A stretch of 64,000 bases of DNA from Perna viridis (lineage: Eukaryota), in NCBI GenBank assembly GCA_037379345.1, contig CM074516.1:25296001-25360000 (forward strand). Reading direction: 5' to 3'. A model generated the notes under the pieces. The model was not told where the DNA came from, did no database searches, and saw nothing but the letters and a program-made list of their open reading frames with translations. Below are positions 24,901-38,100 of the stretch, in pieces; the stretch's first letter is position 1, and every line of letters starts with the position of its first letter. Both the position numbers and the translations under genes were made by a program.

Positions 24901-26090
24901 CACTGTTAGATACGCTGCAATGAGATATATCCATATTTCCATTGCTAGCGGATTTAAGAAAGAAAATAATCCTGGTTTCTCTTTCTTTGGCATTTTGAAT
25001 AATATACTTATTCCAAGATTAAGGAATGGTTTTGAAAAATCTACATATTGTTCACGTTCATAGTTTATTGTCAATGCCGCCATGGACATGTCTGCTCTCT
25101 GAAAAGAATTATATATATTTAATACTTGATTCCAAAGCTGCCTAAAAATAGTTACCTGTGGATATTTCTCCATAATAAATGTATTATTTCAAAAAGTATA
25201 AGTTTCTGTAAAAAATGCTTTGAGTTTCTCATTTCTGATATTAATTTAAGCACCATAATAATTGAATAACACTGTTCAATTTAAGAATAAGCACAATATA
25301 ATAACTGAAAAATAAAATTGAGAATGTTATAAAAAAAGTCATATTGTATTGACCTATTTATTTGACCGATTTATCATTTTCGGTCTTTTCGGATACATAT
25401 CTAAGTACAATAATATTTTTACTATGTTTCCTGATCTTTATATTCTTTACTTAAACCATTTTTGTTAAAAGTTTTTTATTTGACTAATAAAGAGCATGTA
25501 AATGTGTTTCAAAATTAGGAAGCCGATGCTGAGTTTCAGTGGATCATAGGTACAAATTTAGGAAAAGTAATGTTATATATACCCGAAAAATAAAAAAAAA
25601 AAGAAGTTTATTTACTACGTATAAAATACATTAAATAACATAGCAACAACAGTTTGCTTGATTTTATCAAGCATCTACATAGCTTTTGAGCTTTATTTAC
25701 AATTTCGTTATCACGTGAACACACTACAACAATACCTTTTCAATAAGTTCTTGAATAATGCCATTCCATCTATTCGTTGTTTTGTCGTAAGAACCATATA
25801 CTTTGTCCGGAACTATCCGAATTTCGTAATCAAATCCGACGTGTTTTGCGATTTCCTTGAGTAAATCAACACAAAATCCTTCATACCGGTCGTTTCCCTT
25901 TAAACCACTACGTTGAATGTTTTCTTTTTCGGTGACATACGGAGCTTCCTGAAAAATACGTCGACTTCAAAGAAAGTAATCTGTAATATAAGACAATTAC
26001 CTGTTGAAGCTGCATTTCATTATTTGACATTCTTGGTAAATAAAAAAGTTGTTTATTTCGATTCCATACAATTACCGATTTTGCTAACTG

Positions 26091-26126
<36 letters not shown>

Positions 26127-29100
26127 TAATGATTCAATCAAATACTGCCTATTCCAAGTTATAGATTTGAAAAAAAAATATTAAATGTTTTCTTGGTGAA
26201 ACTTCCAGATTAGTTTTTGACTGAAATAAAAAAAAACAAAACAAAACAAAAAAAAAAAACAACAAAAAACAAAAAAAAACCAAGATGTGAAACACCAAAT
26301 GAATGGCAATGAATGACAATTATATCTAGTATATTGTACAACAAATACTTCATTAGGAGTACATGGCGAAAAAGTAAGACAAATGTATTACAAAATTTGA
26401 AAGTGTAAATTAGAATATATATAAGAATTTTATAACAATTTGCTAAGCACTACTCTAGAAAGCAATAACTACTTTAGGATGTTAAGGCAGACATTTATTT
26501 CCTAATCTAGTTTTGTTTACACTTACAAGAACAGTTGATACAATAAATGGTCTATCCTGAAAATAGAATTACAAATATAAGAAAAGAAGGACCCTGGTTT
26601 CATCTGCTTTACGCTACCATGAGGGCGGATTTTCTTATTTTACAGACCAAATCATTGCAGTAGTGAAAAGCCCCTAAACCAGCCATTTGCCATATCCAAA
26701 CTTTCCACTCATTTCATAAATAACACATGACCATAAACACATCTACTGATTTGAGATAAAAATAGCTCAACATGAAAGTAGCAAATAATGAAGCGACATA
26801 AATACTCTACCGAAACAAATTATAGAACAGGCTTCACAAAGACAACAAAACCAAAGACATCAATAAATAACATATGTACACAAAATAAGTAATAAAAATG
26901 AAAATAACTTCCTTTCATTAATCGTTAACATCCAAAAACATACCAGATTCGTAGAAACTATTAGTGTTTTGTTTCCTAGTAATATGTATGGTACTTCTGA
27001 ACTTATGTTTAATCCTTTATCAAGAGTCCACGTGCCAGTCTAAAATAAAAGGTCAAATGACCATTGTACATATAAGGTTTCATGATTTTCCTGAAATTCT
27101 ACCACCAAATAAATAAATTCAAAATGTATATTTTGTCGTCTCCATCGTCATCAAATAACAAGTGTTTACTAAAAGTATGTTTAAAATCAAAAAGTAAACC
27201 ATTATTACCAAAATAAGTAACAATTAATAAAATAGTCACAACTTTCTACAAAGGTACAAAGTTGTTTGTCTTTTTTGATTAAATGGCCATTTCTTGAAGA
27301 ACTTCTTTAGGTAGAAAAATATACAATTTCCAAAAAAGACTTATACGTCATATTTATCCATAGGTATTTAAAATTATGTAAAATGATAGCAAGTTTAAAT
27401 CTCCTGTTCACTTGTGAAGCCAACTACCCAAAGCAACTCTTTAGGTAATTTTCCTGAATTCACAGCATGATAAACAATATACACTAGCGTTAAAGTATTT
27501 ACTAGTACTGAATATTGTTGTATCATTCGTTTGTTACATGAAAGTAATAAAAGTCATGTATTGTTTTTGTATTTCGTTGTTTTTAAATGATTTTTTTGTT
27601 GTTACCTTTCATTGTTGTTACTTTTTATTGTTGCTATCTTTCCATTTATTTTTTTTTTCAGAATTTGATTTGATTTTTTTTTTTTGCGATCTCTATTGTT
27701 TGACGAATGTGGTTATGGATATAATGGAGCGGGATCCATTGAGGTATGAATCATGTACCGCATCTGTTTAATCTACGCATTGACAATAAACGTTTTAACT
27801 GAGCCTATCTCATAAAGTATACCTACTTTTTCAAGACCTTCCTTTCTCAACTGAACAGTGTCTAGGCTGAACAGCAGCCTCCGTCCATTGTGAAGAGACA
27901 AATCACCGGTTAACCCTTTTACGTGTACCTTTAAAATAATGACTTTAAATTAAAACAGAAGAAGTACAACGTTTAAAGCGAAATACTATCCTCTATCCAA
28001 ATAAAGAACAATAATAAGACAAAAGTAAACCAAAAAAAAAATTAATAAAAACAAAGAAACAAAAACAAAACAAAAATAGAAAGAAAAACAAACAATATAA
28101 AGCAATAGAACAAAACAAAAACAAAAAACAAAACAAACAATTCACAAAAACAAAAACACAAAAAAAAACAAAAAACGAAAACGCAAAAAAGAAACAAACA
28201 GCAAAACAAAACAAAACATCAATCACATAGATTTTAGCTCTTGCAAATAACTATCGGAAAAAGCACATCAGCTGTGATGTTTTTTTCCATGTCAGGCCGT
28301 ATTAATGTGTACAATTGGTATTCAAATACTTAAATAAAACTTAGAAGTTAATATCGGTTTATATATCGTATTTGCCAATCTGTATATACAACCGAATGAG
28401 ATATTCTCACCTTCTCAGCTGAGGATTTGATCTACCACACTTTCGTAATCATTTGACGAGGCTATGTTGATACTGTAAAAATAGAGCAACTGCACTTGCT
28501 TCCAAAAGCTTTATTAGTAATCTTACTGACATACCGTATTAAGATAATCATACAAATTGAGACCAGATTTCCATGGATCGTCCCAATCGCACGACACGTT
28601 GACTGGGCGAAGGGTATGGCGTTTATCAAGTTCGTCTAATGCTTTGGCATAAAGCAGTACCGCATCAAATAAAAGTGCAGATTCATACTGCAACATAGAA
28701 ATAAAAAAGAGCATATAATCTTGATTACAGATTATGTCATTTTTAAATGAGGTTTTGATTCGATTTAAATAAATGTAGGGTGGTTAGATGGATGAGCACA
28801 GAGACAATAATTATATTTAGATAAGAAAATATATCGACTTCTTATCTGAGAGTCACAAGAAGTAGAGAATTTATCAAAAAGTCTAATAGCGCATGAGAAA
28901 TGGGGAGTTTCATTCAATTTGTTTTCGATAATTCGACATTTATAACTGATTGTTTACAGACCTAAATAGATACTTTGATTCATTGCACTTTAGGAGAGGT
29001 CTTGAAGTTAACAAACCTAGACACTCGGAACAATTTTTATGTCACAATTTGTTCAAGCGTTTGAATATTGAATGGTTTGGAAAGAAAAAAGCAGCTTTCC

Positions 29101-32100
29101 CGTCGTCAATATTATGAATTTATAACCTATGATATATTGATATGTTTATATGCATTAAGCATGTAGGAGTTGTATAAATCATTCATAAAGGAAATAACCC
29201 GCACGAATCATGTTTAAATGCATAAAAATCTGTCAATACCTCATTTAATTCAAGGAAACGATATTGTCAAATGCTTACTTTACTCAAAAGAGAAATGATA
29301 AACAATATAAACTTCCTGCTTTGTAATTTAAACTTATCTAAGTACTTCTCGAGAAAAAATTACATTGTATTTGATTCCCAAAGTGAAATATGAATTAAAA
29401 TGACAATGCTAATCGAAGGCTTTATTCTATAAATCAAAATGGAAATCAAAATACAGAAATTGATAAGTCAACATATATGATAATTACTGGAATGACATTC
29501 TGGTTCTCCATACTGAGCAAAGGAAGACGTGTGTTCATCTGGTACCAGTACATGTCATCAGATATTGCTTTCACAAAACCTCTGCTTTGGTCAACCAGTC
29601 GGAAACCGGTGATGTTCACGTGGTTATATTTATAATCATTCAGATTGATAGTTTCAATGTCCTAAAACAGAATTCGTCCAATTATGATCATTTCTACAAA
29701 CAAACGTTACGGACAGCTTAAGCAAATTTCAAAACTGGAACAATTTTTCATATTCTTCTTTACATTATAAGATAGGAATAACGAACATACTGATCTTCTT
29801 TTATCATATCAACTCAAGCTATAATTGGAACTTGAATATTATTGAAGTGTTATCTATTTCGTAAAGAATCAATACATTTACTTACCAGTGTGGTCAGAAC
29901 AAAATGATAATAAGGATTGATCATGCCTTGCTGCAATGCCTGAAATACACGAGTTTTTAAAATGAGAGCTGCATTATTGTTGATAGTCTATTGCCGGATT
30001 ATACTAACTTGCAAATGACGGGTGCCGCTTGCACAGCAGGACACGCTTACTCTTCCTGAGTACATAATGTCATTCCCATTTTTTTGTGATACTTCATATT
30101 ACAAGTGTTTTATTTATGTGTTAAATGTCATTCGGTTTGCTGTATTTTGTATATAGATATTCCTTGTTTTCTGTTTTCACGTTCCGGCAATGTACTTAGA
30201 TTTTGATATATTTGAATTGTCGGAATTCGCATCGGAAACTTTTTTCGATTTGTTTTTAAACATTTGATATTTTTACGAGTTATTTGGTTAAAATTACCAT
30301 ATTACATAAACTATTGCTTTAAAATATGCATTAACACGGTAGTTCGTGGTCAAGCACCACTTAGTTCGGGTATTAAGAAAGTCGCAGGAAAACATATTGA
30401 GATTCGAAAACTTTGCAAAATGCAAATTCGACCATTACACGACGTCTTATTTTCAATCAAAACGTAGTTATTTACATTTAATTTATATTTCCACCTTTGC
30501 AGCTCAGGGTAAGAGATAGCATTCATTTTACTTAAAGATGTAATATGACCTTTACTTGTTTTATGATGAAAATAGCGTCGTCGTCGTATCTTTCAAAAAC
30601 ATTGAACTATTACGTATCAATCAATTATGTATGAATTTATTGTAACGTTACGAGCAAACAATTAACAACAGTAACAGGTAATTGGTAGTAGTATCATAAA
30701 ATTAATTATTAACCACTTTTGTTAACATTCCTCAATATCAACTCCAAGAAACACACCATAGAATCTTCTTTGTGATGTTTACCTACATTGTTTTTGCAAT
30801 ACAATTAGACACCCTCGTGAGTGCGTCTCTTGTATGTCAAAATCTTAATTACATTTTGTCAATTGGCAATATGTTCATATTATTGGTACTGACAGCTAAT
30901 GAGTAAACAATCACTTCATGTTTCTGCTTAGATAATTAACAGATACTTTTAACAATTACTTGTATGAGCGTTTGTATGTTGATCGTAGGTCAGGAGTTCA
31001 CGCAGTCGAAATTATTTTTCAATCGTTTAAAACAAAGTAGACAAAACATCCGACCAAAATAAAAACAGTGTATGAACTAACATTGCACTATATCATACAT
31101 TTTTTAGTAATACGGAATAATGTCTATCTGTTTAGATCTGATACATAGATGAGAATGTTTATCATTTAAAATAAATAAATAAATAAATAAATAAATATGT
31201 AAATAAATCGCTTTTTGAAAATGGAAAGACCCAACGTTGTACCAATAAGACAAGTACTAAAGCTGTATAAATATCAAGAACTTAGTAGACTAAATAGAAA
31301 GGAATACAATTACATATAACATTTATTAAGCCTACTTAAATAAATGATAAAATAACAACACAAATAACTCCCTCAACATCTTACAACTGCACCAAATCAA
31401 ATCAGAATTCAGAGACTTGTTCTATTGAAATGTAGTGTAAGGAAATTACTTTGCTGCAATGGTGCTAACATTATTACCATTTTAAGCAATAAAGACGTCT
31501 GGGGAGCAGTGAGATCAACTATGATATTGGTCCAGTGCTTTCTCTTTGCTTCCGTTAATAACTCCCTCATATTTTCACCCCCATCTGTCTGTCGTAGATG
31601 TATAGCTTTTCCCATTTGTTGCGAGAAGTGTCTTATAACATATTGCATTTTGGCCAAACCTAGAACAAAAACGTGATAATGCATCTGTGTTGTGACAATA
31701 TATATTTCAAATAAATAAAATCAATTCCTTTGTGATCCGGAGAAGACCAACTTGTGGGTGTCTGGTTCTCTAATTCTTTTCCACATCTAAGACAATGGAA
31801 ATATAATAGATAATTGTCGACAAACATACAGTCATGCGTACAAAAGTTCGAAAAAGTATAACCTGAAGATACTGATTCTCTGAAAGTAAAATTTATTGTT
31901 ATCATAATCGGAGCATAGTGAACAATCAACTCTTTATTAATTTGACAAAAAGTCAAAGGTGTAAAATTCACCGTAAATTATGACGTTATAATTACATTTT
32001 ATGACATAATTAATTACGACCAAATTTACATTTTTTGTGAACATGGCTTTTTGAATAATGGCACCATGTTGTTTTGAATAGAAAGGTATCGCAAAGAAAT

Positions 32101-35100
32101 CCAACAAATAAAACTATTAGTTTAGTTGTAAAGTAACACGGGTTCGAATAAATCTCTAATAATGTAATAATAAATCATTTGCACCTTTTAATGGCTTCCT
32201 TACTGACGAATATGTGTTTTGCTACATATGCACGTTTTTCGTTATCATTAATCAACTAATTGCTGGCTCTAAACGTTTGTAATACTTATATCCTCAACCT
32301 GCCGTTAACGATAGTTGAATTAACAGCACTGCTTTAACTTCAATCTAATTATGAAATATATTGCTACACGAGAAGACATTTTAGCTGCGCCACACAAGGC
32401 AATGTCTAGAGATTGATTATTGTTTAATGGAAACAAGTTAACCATGAATAATTCTGTTATAATCATCAACTCTCTGCTCTATAACCGATGATTGGCGTCG
32501 TTTATTGTACAATTGATATTGATTGAAATGCTTTCCCCTGCCAATACAGATTATTACGTTGCAATATTTATTTTCACATCAGGAAGCCACTCTTTTCATT
32601 GATGTTACGCATCAGTGTTCCTAACGAAAGGTCAGTGGATGATTACTGGGACGACTACAGGCTATATTTGGTTTAATAAAACATAAATTTAAGCATTTAA
32701 AAATAGTTTTTGCTTGCCTTTGCTTTATCCTTTATTTAAAGCGATTGGTTGTGTATTCTGATTTGAAAAAAAAAACGAATTTGATGTGTTAAAAAGTTAT
32801 GACAGCGAATCCTCTGTGTTAACGCCATAAACCTTGTGTCCTTCCATATTAAGACTATACATACACTGTATTAATAGCTAATTCAAAGACTTAAATAAAC
32901 CTTCTGTAAACAATATCAAGAATCAAGAAAAGTGTCATTATAATTAATCGTCAAAACTGACGGTATATTTACTTGATATTTTGTCACTGAATGAATAATA
33001 AAGAATGAAACGTCACAAATATTGCTTTGTTTTGTTCGTGGATACTGCTACTTTTAATTTTGTATCTTTTGTGTGATGCTTAAAGCGTTAATTTCCAAAT
33101 ATTTGCAGTATAAATGTAATGCTATAACACTCAGTTGACAAAAACTGTAATACTTGAATATACGAATTCGACTTGAACCGGTGGAAATGCACGAACAGCC
33201 TCGTATTTTTCAGCAGTTTTGGACCTCTTCCTCATTCAAAACTTGTCAGTGCTATTTTATCATTCATATTATTTTAAAGAACATTTCGGACAAGAACAGA
33301 GTTGCTTTTTATCAATAATAATCACTTAAGCACAAAGAATAATATACAGAAAACATTCATTACTCATTATTTTAGAAGAAACTGAGTATTTTTCAGCCAA
33401 GGACCGATATCTTAAAAAAAATAATTTGGTAAGAGACCTTTTGAAACGCATTTCCTCAAACCCCTAATGCAGGAGTCTGTTACGCAGATATTTATGGCGT
33501 TCAAGGAATTTAGAATAGTTAGTACTTTGTCAATTGTGAAATATAAACACCACATACAGGAGATGAAGGTATATTGCTGCTCAGATAAGGACAATGTATG
33601 ATATTTAAATTTAAGTCGTCTCTTTTATCATGAATCTTGGTGCTGAGAAGACCATTGTTGTCAAATTCGAGATGTAGTGCCAAAAAGATGCAGAACAAAC
33701 CGGTTCTGTCGTCTCCTTTATTTCGAGCTCTGGTGGATATATTAAGGGTAACTATTTACCAAAAGAAGGGTTGTTGGTGGACAATACATGTTCAATATAT
33801 CTGTATGTAAAGTAAAAGCATTTTTTATATATCGGCTAGGAGAGGAACATAGCAAGTGTCCATTGGAATGTCAATTTATGATGAGGCAACGTATTGTAAA
33901 GAATTGAGAAGTAAAACAGTTTGGAGAGGACTAGTTTCCGAAAATCTGCAGGATTTTAGCTTTTGAATTAAATATTTCGAGTTGTTAGGTATCCACATAT
34001 GATTAATGCCACTACCAGAGTAGGTGGTATTGAAAATTGCTTGCTGTCCATCCTTCACTACGAACAATATCTTTGTAAGGTGAATTGACATCTCCTTGAT
34101 GTCAATTCAAGATGAAGATCCAGGCATATATCTTTCTTTGTATGAATTCTTATGAAGGTCGGGTATCCAACACAAGTAAGGTAAGTCTTCACATTTTGTT
34201 TCGATGTTGAAAGAAGGCATGAAGGACTAATGGTTGTTTAAGACTTGGAAAGTAGTAGGTTTGTATGTGGCATTACCTGGGGTGTTACCATCAATGCCCA
34301 GTGCCTTAATAGGACAACTGAGGTAATGGGTTGTACAAACAAAAACAATGTTGTTTAAAGCTTTGTTCCCAGGGACTATCAGGCGTAGATTGANNNNNNN
34401 NNNNNNNNNNNNNNNNNNNNNNNNNNNNNNNNNNNNNNNNNNNNNNNNNNNNNNNNNNNNNNNNNNNNNNNNNNNNNNNNNNNNNNNNNNNNNNNNNNNN
34501 NNNNNNNNNNNNNNNNNNNNNNNNNNNNNNNNNNNNNNNNNNNNNNNNNNNNNNNNNNNNNNNNNNNNNNNNNNNNNNNNNNNNNNNNNNNACAACATTG
34601 ATTCTTCAAACACAGGACGAACATATACATACAATATTAAAAAAAAAACTTCCGACTAAAAACCCATCTTTACCATATTCACTACAAACACATTTCTACC
34701 ATTTTAACATTTTTTCTTACCTTTAAACAGATTTGTACAGTTTTAATTATAACAGTTGTTGCCCATTTTTTATTATTTTGATTATAGGTATAATTCATGT
34801 GTTATGTAATGTTGAAAAGGAAAGACAATCACTATCTATTTGATTATTTCAATCGGTGAATGCCACAAACATCAGTTATACATGGAGTAATTAGTTAATT
34901 TACCGAAAATCTCTGTCCATCAAAGCATTTAATGTATAGAAATAATTAATGTTTCGAATAAAAGGTTAGACACGTCTGAACTAGATGTACCTATTGTACC
35001 ACTCAGGGGTTGTCCGAAAAAAAAAATTGACATTTGATTGAAACAACTTATCAAAGTTATCTTGTTTCAGCCATGTGCTTTCTTTCATGGTCAAAATTAT

Positions 35101-38100
35101 TGTCTTTATTTATGTAAAATTCGTATTGACCAAATTGTTTTCTACAGCCATAAAAATTATCGGATTACCATAGGAGGTATTGGTTCTTATCAGCGAACGT
35201 TTAAGCTACCAGAGCTCTCTTGGGTTGTGATATAACATATGATGATGTAGATAATTTCTGTCATTAGAGACTTCAAATTGTATTTGTAGTTTTTATTTTA
35301 AAAGATTCTGCTTCTTTAATGTGTAAAATATTACTTTAAGTCATATTTTGCCATCTAAAATAAACTGCAATGTGTCTATACAGCAGACAGAATATAAATA
35401 ATTTCAAATTATTTACGAGCTGTAGCTGATGATATTAGGTCGTCTGAAAAGTAGTTATGATAAGAGCAAACACCACTTAAACCTTTTTAACTGGCTTAAT
35501 CTAAATAAACATTTATGGTGATGTCTTTTTTTCTGTAATATATACTGTTAAATGCACACAACATCAAAATCAATCATATTAAAAACGGCAAGAACTAAAT
35601 ATCATTAAACAGATAATAACAATGAAATGATAAATGAGAACAAATACAAATGAATGAGGTCCATGCTCCCAGTTTTCAGTGGAGTCCGAGTTGCTCATTT
35701 GCCTTTTTACTTTGTATGTATGATTTTAGTTACTTTATGTTCTGTGTTGTGTATGTCTGTTTTCCTTGCCTGGTCTTTATCCTTGGATTACATTCATTTG
35801 ATTACCGATATAAACTTGGTTCCCTTGATTACTCTTTTATAATAATGCCTTCGAAATCATTTGAGATATTTTCTATATTTTGCGACGTATTTCCACTTGG
35901 CTATTAGTGGTCTTGTTTGCTTCAACCTAGAAATCCTTTATTTTTCTTGTATAAAACCATGAACCAGATTCCACCTGGTGAGACGTAAAAGACACATGTA
36001 AATTGCGGCTATGGGTAAACGTCGAACATTTCATTTATTGACGAAAAAGCAAACATTTATAAAAAAAAAAATGAATTCAGATGTGAATATATTATACTTG
36101 AAGTTTTTAGTTTTACATTTAGTCCTCAATATTGACACACCGGTAAATCAACTCATTAAAGAAAGAAAAGGTTGTAATGTTTTAAAAAAATGAATATATT
36201 TATTTATATCCTTCTAATTTTTTCTATTTTAAATTGAAATCTTGCCACATTATTAAGCCATACGGTGCTAATCCACTTTGCTTCCAATATGTTCGTCGAC
36301 GTATTTCCAGTCACTGGCGCCTTAAAATCAGATAAGCCTCTGGTACAAGGGGCTCGTAAACCTTGGAGGGTAGCCCATCTAGGAGAAGGAAAACTCTGAT
36401 CTAAAACCTCTGCTACCTTGCGGCTACACCCTTCGACAGGGAAAGGCTTTAGGAGATAACCTCGAGGAAAATCCAGAACTAGGAATCTTCCTTCCTGTAC
36501 TTCCAGGATCAGAACTTCTGTTTAGAAGCTAAGGGTGAGGTAACCCCGACAGAAAACATATAGTGCTGAAGACGGAGGTGTTGAGCGATACAGCGCACTC
36601 GAACAGACCACAAAACTACGCACAAACAGTCAAAATGACACTTGAAACAATGAACAAACGATTTTGTGCTCGCCCTGTGAGGACCTACCAGGAAGGTGCA
36701 GTGCCGGTCTCTCTGTCTCGAAGGAGCCCAACCAATGCTACCGGAGGTACCTTAATTTTGTCTTGTGGAGTCAGGAGACAAACAAGGAGAGCTACTGACC
36801 ATAGAAAGATCAAACCGAAAAAGAAAGAGCAACTTCATATTAACATCGTGCAGTGGAATGCAGAAGGGTTATCAAATGAGTGCGAAAACAATGAAAACAT
36901 GTAAACAATGTGAACATCTGCTGTATTACAGAAGCAGAATACATTGAAAGCAACTATTGGGAAAAGCTCGTATAACATCGTAAACTTCTACTGTTCAAAT
37001 GATAAGAAACTGTCACTAGACACCATACAAATACCAGACAGTTCATTCCTCATTGTAGGTGATTTCAACAGCCAATCACAAAGTTGGGGATATAATACCA
37101 TAGACAAAAGAATGGAGACCAAAGAAGACTGCCATGATGAAAACCACCCTAAAGAATATTAACAATATGGTGAAAGCATTCAACATTGTTGTATTAAACG
37201 CAGCAAAGGAAAGTATATCAAGAAGTGTAAGAAAGGACTTAAAGCCATACTGGTCCAGTGAGATACAGGCAACACATGAGGCACTCACAAGGGCAAGGGA
37301 TGATGCAGAACTTAATCCCAGTCAGGAAAATAACATCAAACTTCCAAAAAGCAAGACCAAACATATAAGAACAAAGATTGAATGTCAAAGGAAATGGTGG
37401 AGAGAGAAAACATCATCTATGGATATGGAAAAAAAAATACAAAAAAGCTTTGGAACTTGACAAAAGCACAGAATGATGAGGGAAGCAAAGGTGAACAGAT
37501 CATGCTAGAAGTTGAAGGAGAAACAACCATAGTGAAAGCGGCAGCAAATGATTTGGTAAAGGCTATGTGAAAGAAAGCAACACTGATATACCACCATCAC
37601 GGAAAAAAGAAGTAAGAATTGAGTGAAAGATCAAAGGTGCCAACACATGAACTTATGCAGCGAAATATCACCATATTTGAGATGAAGGCAGCCATCAGAA
37701 AAATGAAAATGAAAAAGGCACCAGGTCCAGATAGCATCACCAATGAAATGCTTCAACACCTTGGCTTGGCACCTTAGCATTAACAACTTTGCTAGAGATT
37801 CTCAACCTGAGCTGGAGACAAGGTAAAGTCCCTCAATGTTGGAAAGAAGCTATAATGATGCCAATACTAAAGAAGGGACAGAACAAGTCGAAAGCCTCAA
37901 GCTACCACCCAATTAGCCTAGCAGGCAGTTGCTGCAAATTAATGGAGCGTATAATCAACACGCGGCTACAGACATACTTGGAATCGGAGAACATTCTTGG
38001 TCATGAACAAGCTGGTTTTAGACAGTGCAATAGCACAGAACATCAGACATCAAATCTATCTCAAGTAGTCGAGGATACATTTCATTCAAAGAAATTAACT

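Noticed and set aside
31660-31971. 103-aa ORF and possible extra exon just upstream of exon 4
   Set aside because: No iGluR similarity. The phase-1 reading from the candidate acceptor hits a stop, and exon 3 joins exon 4 seamlessly.
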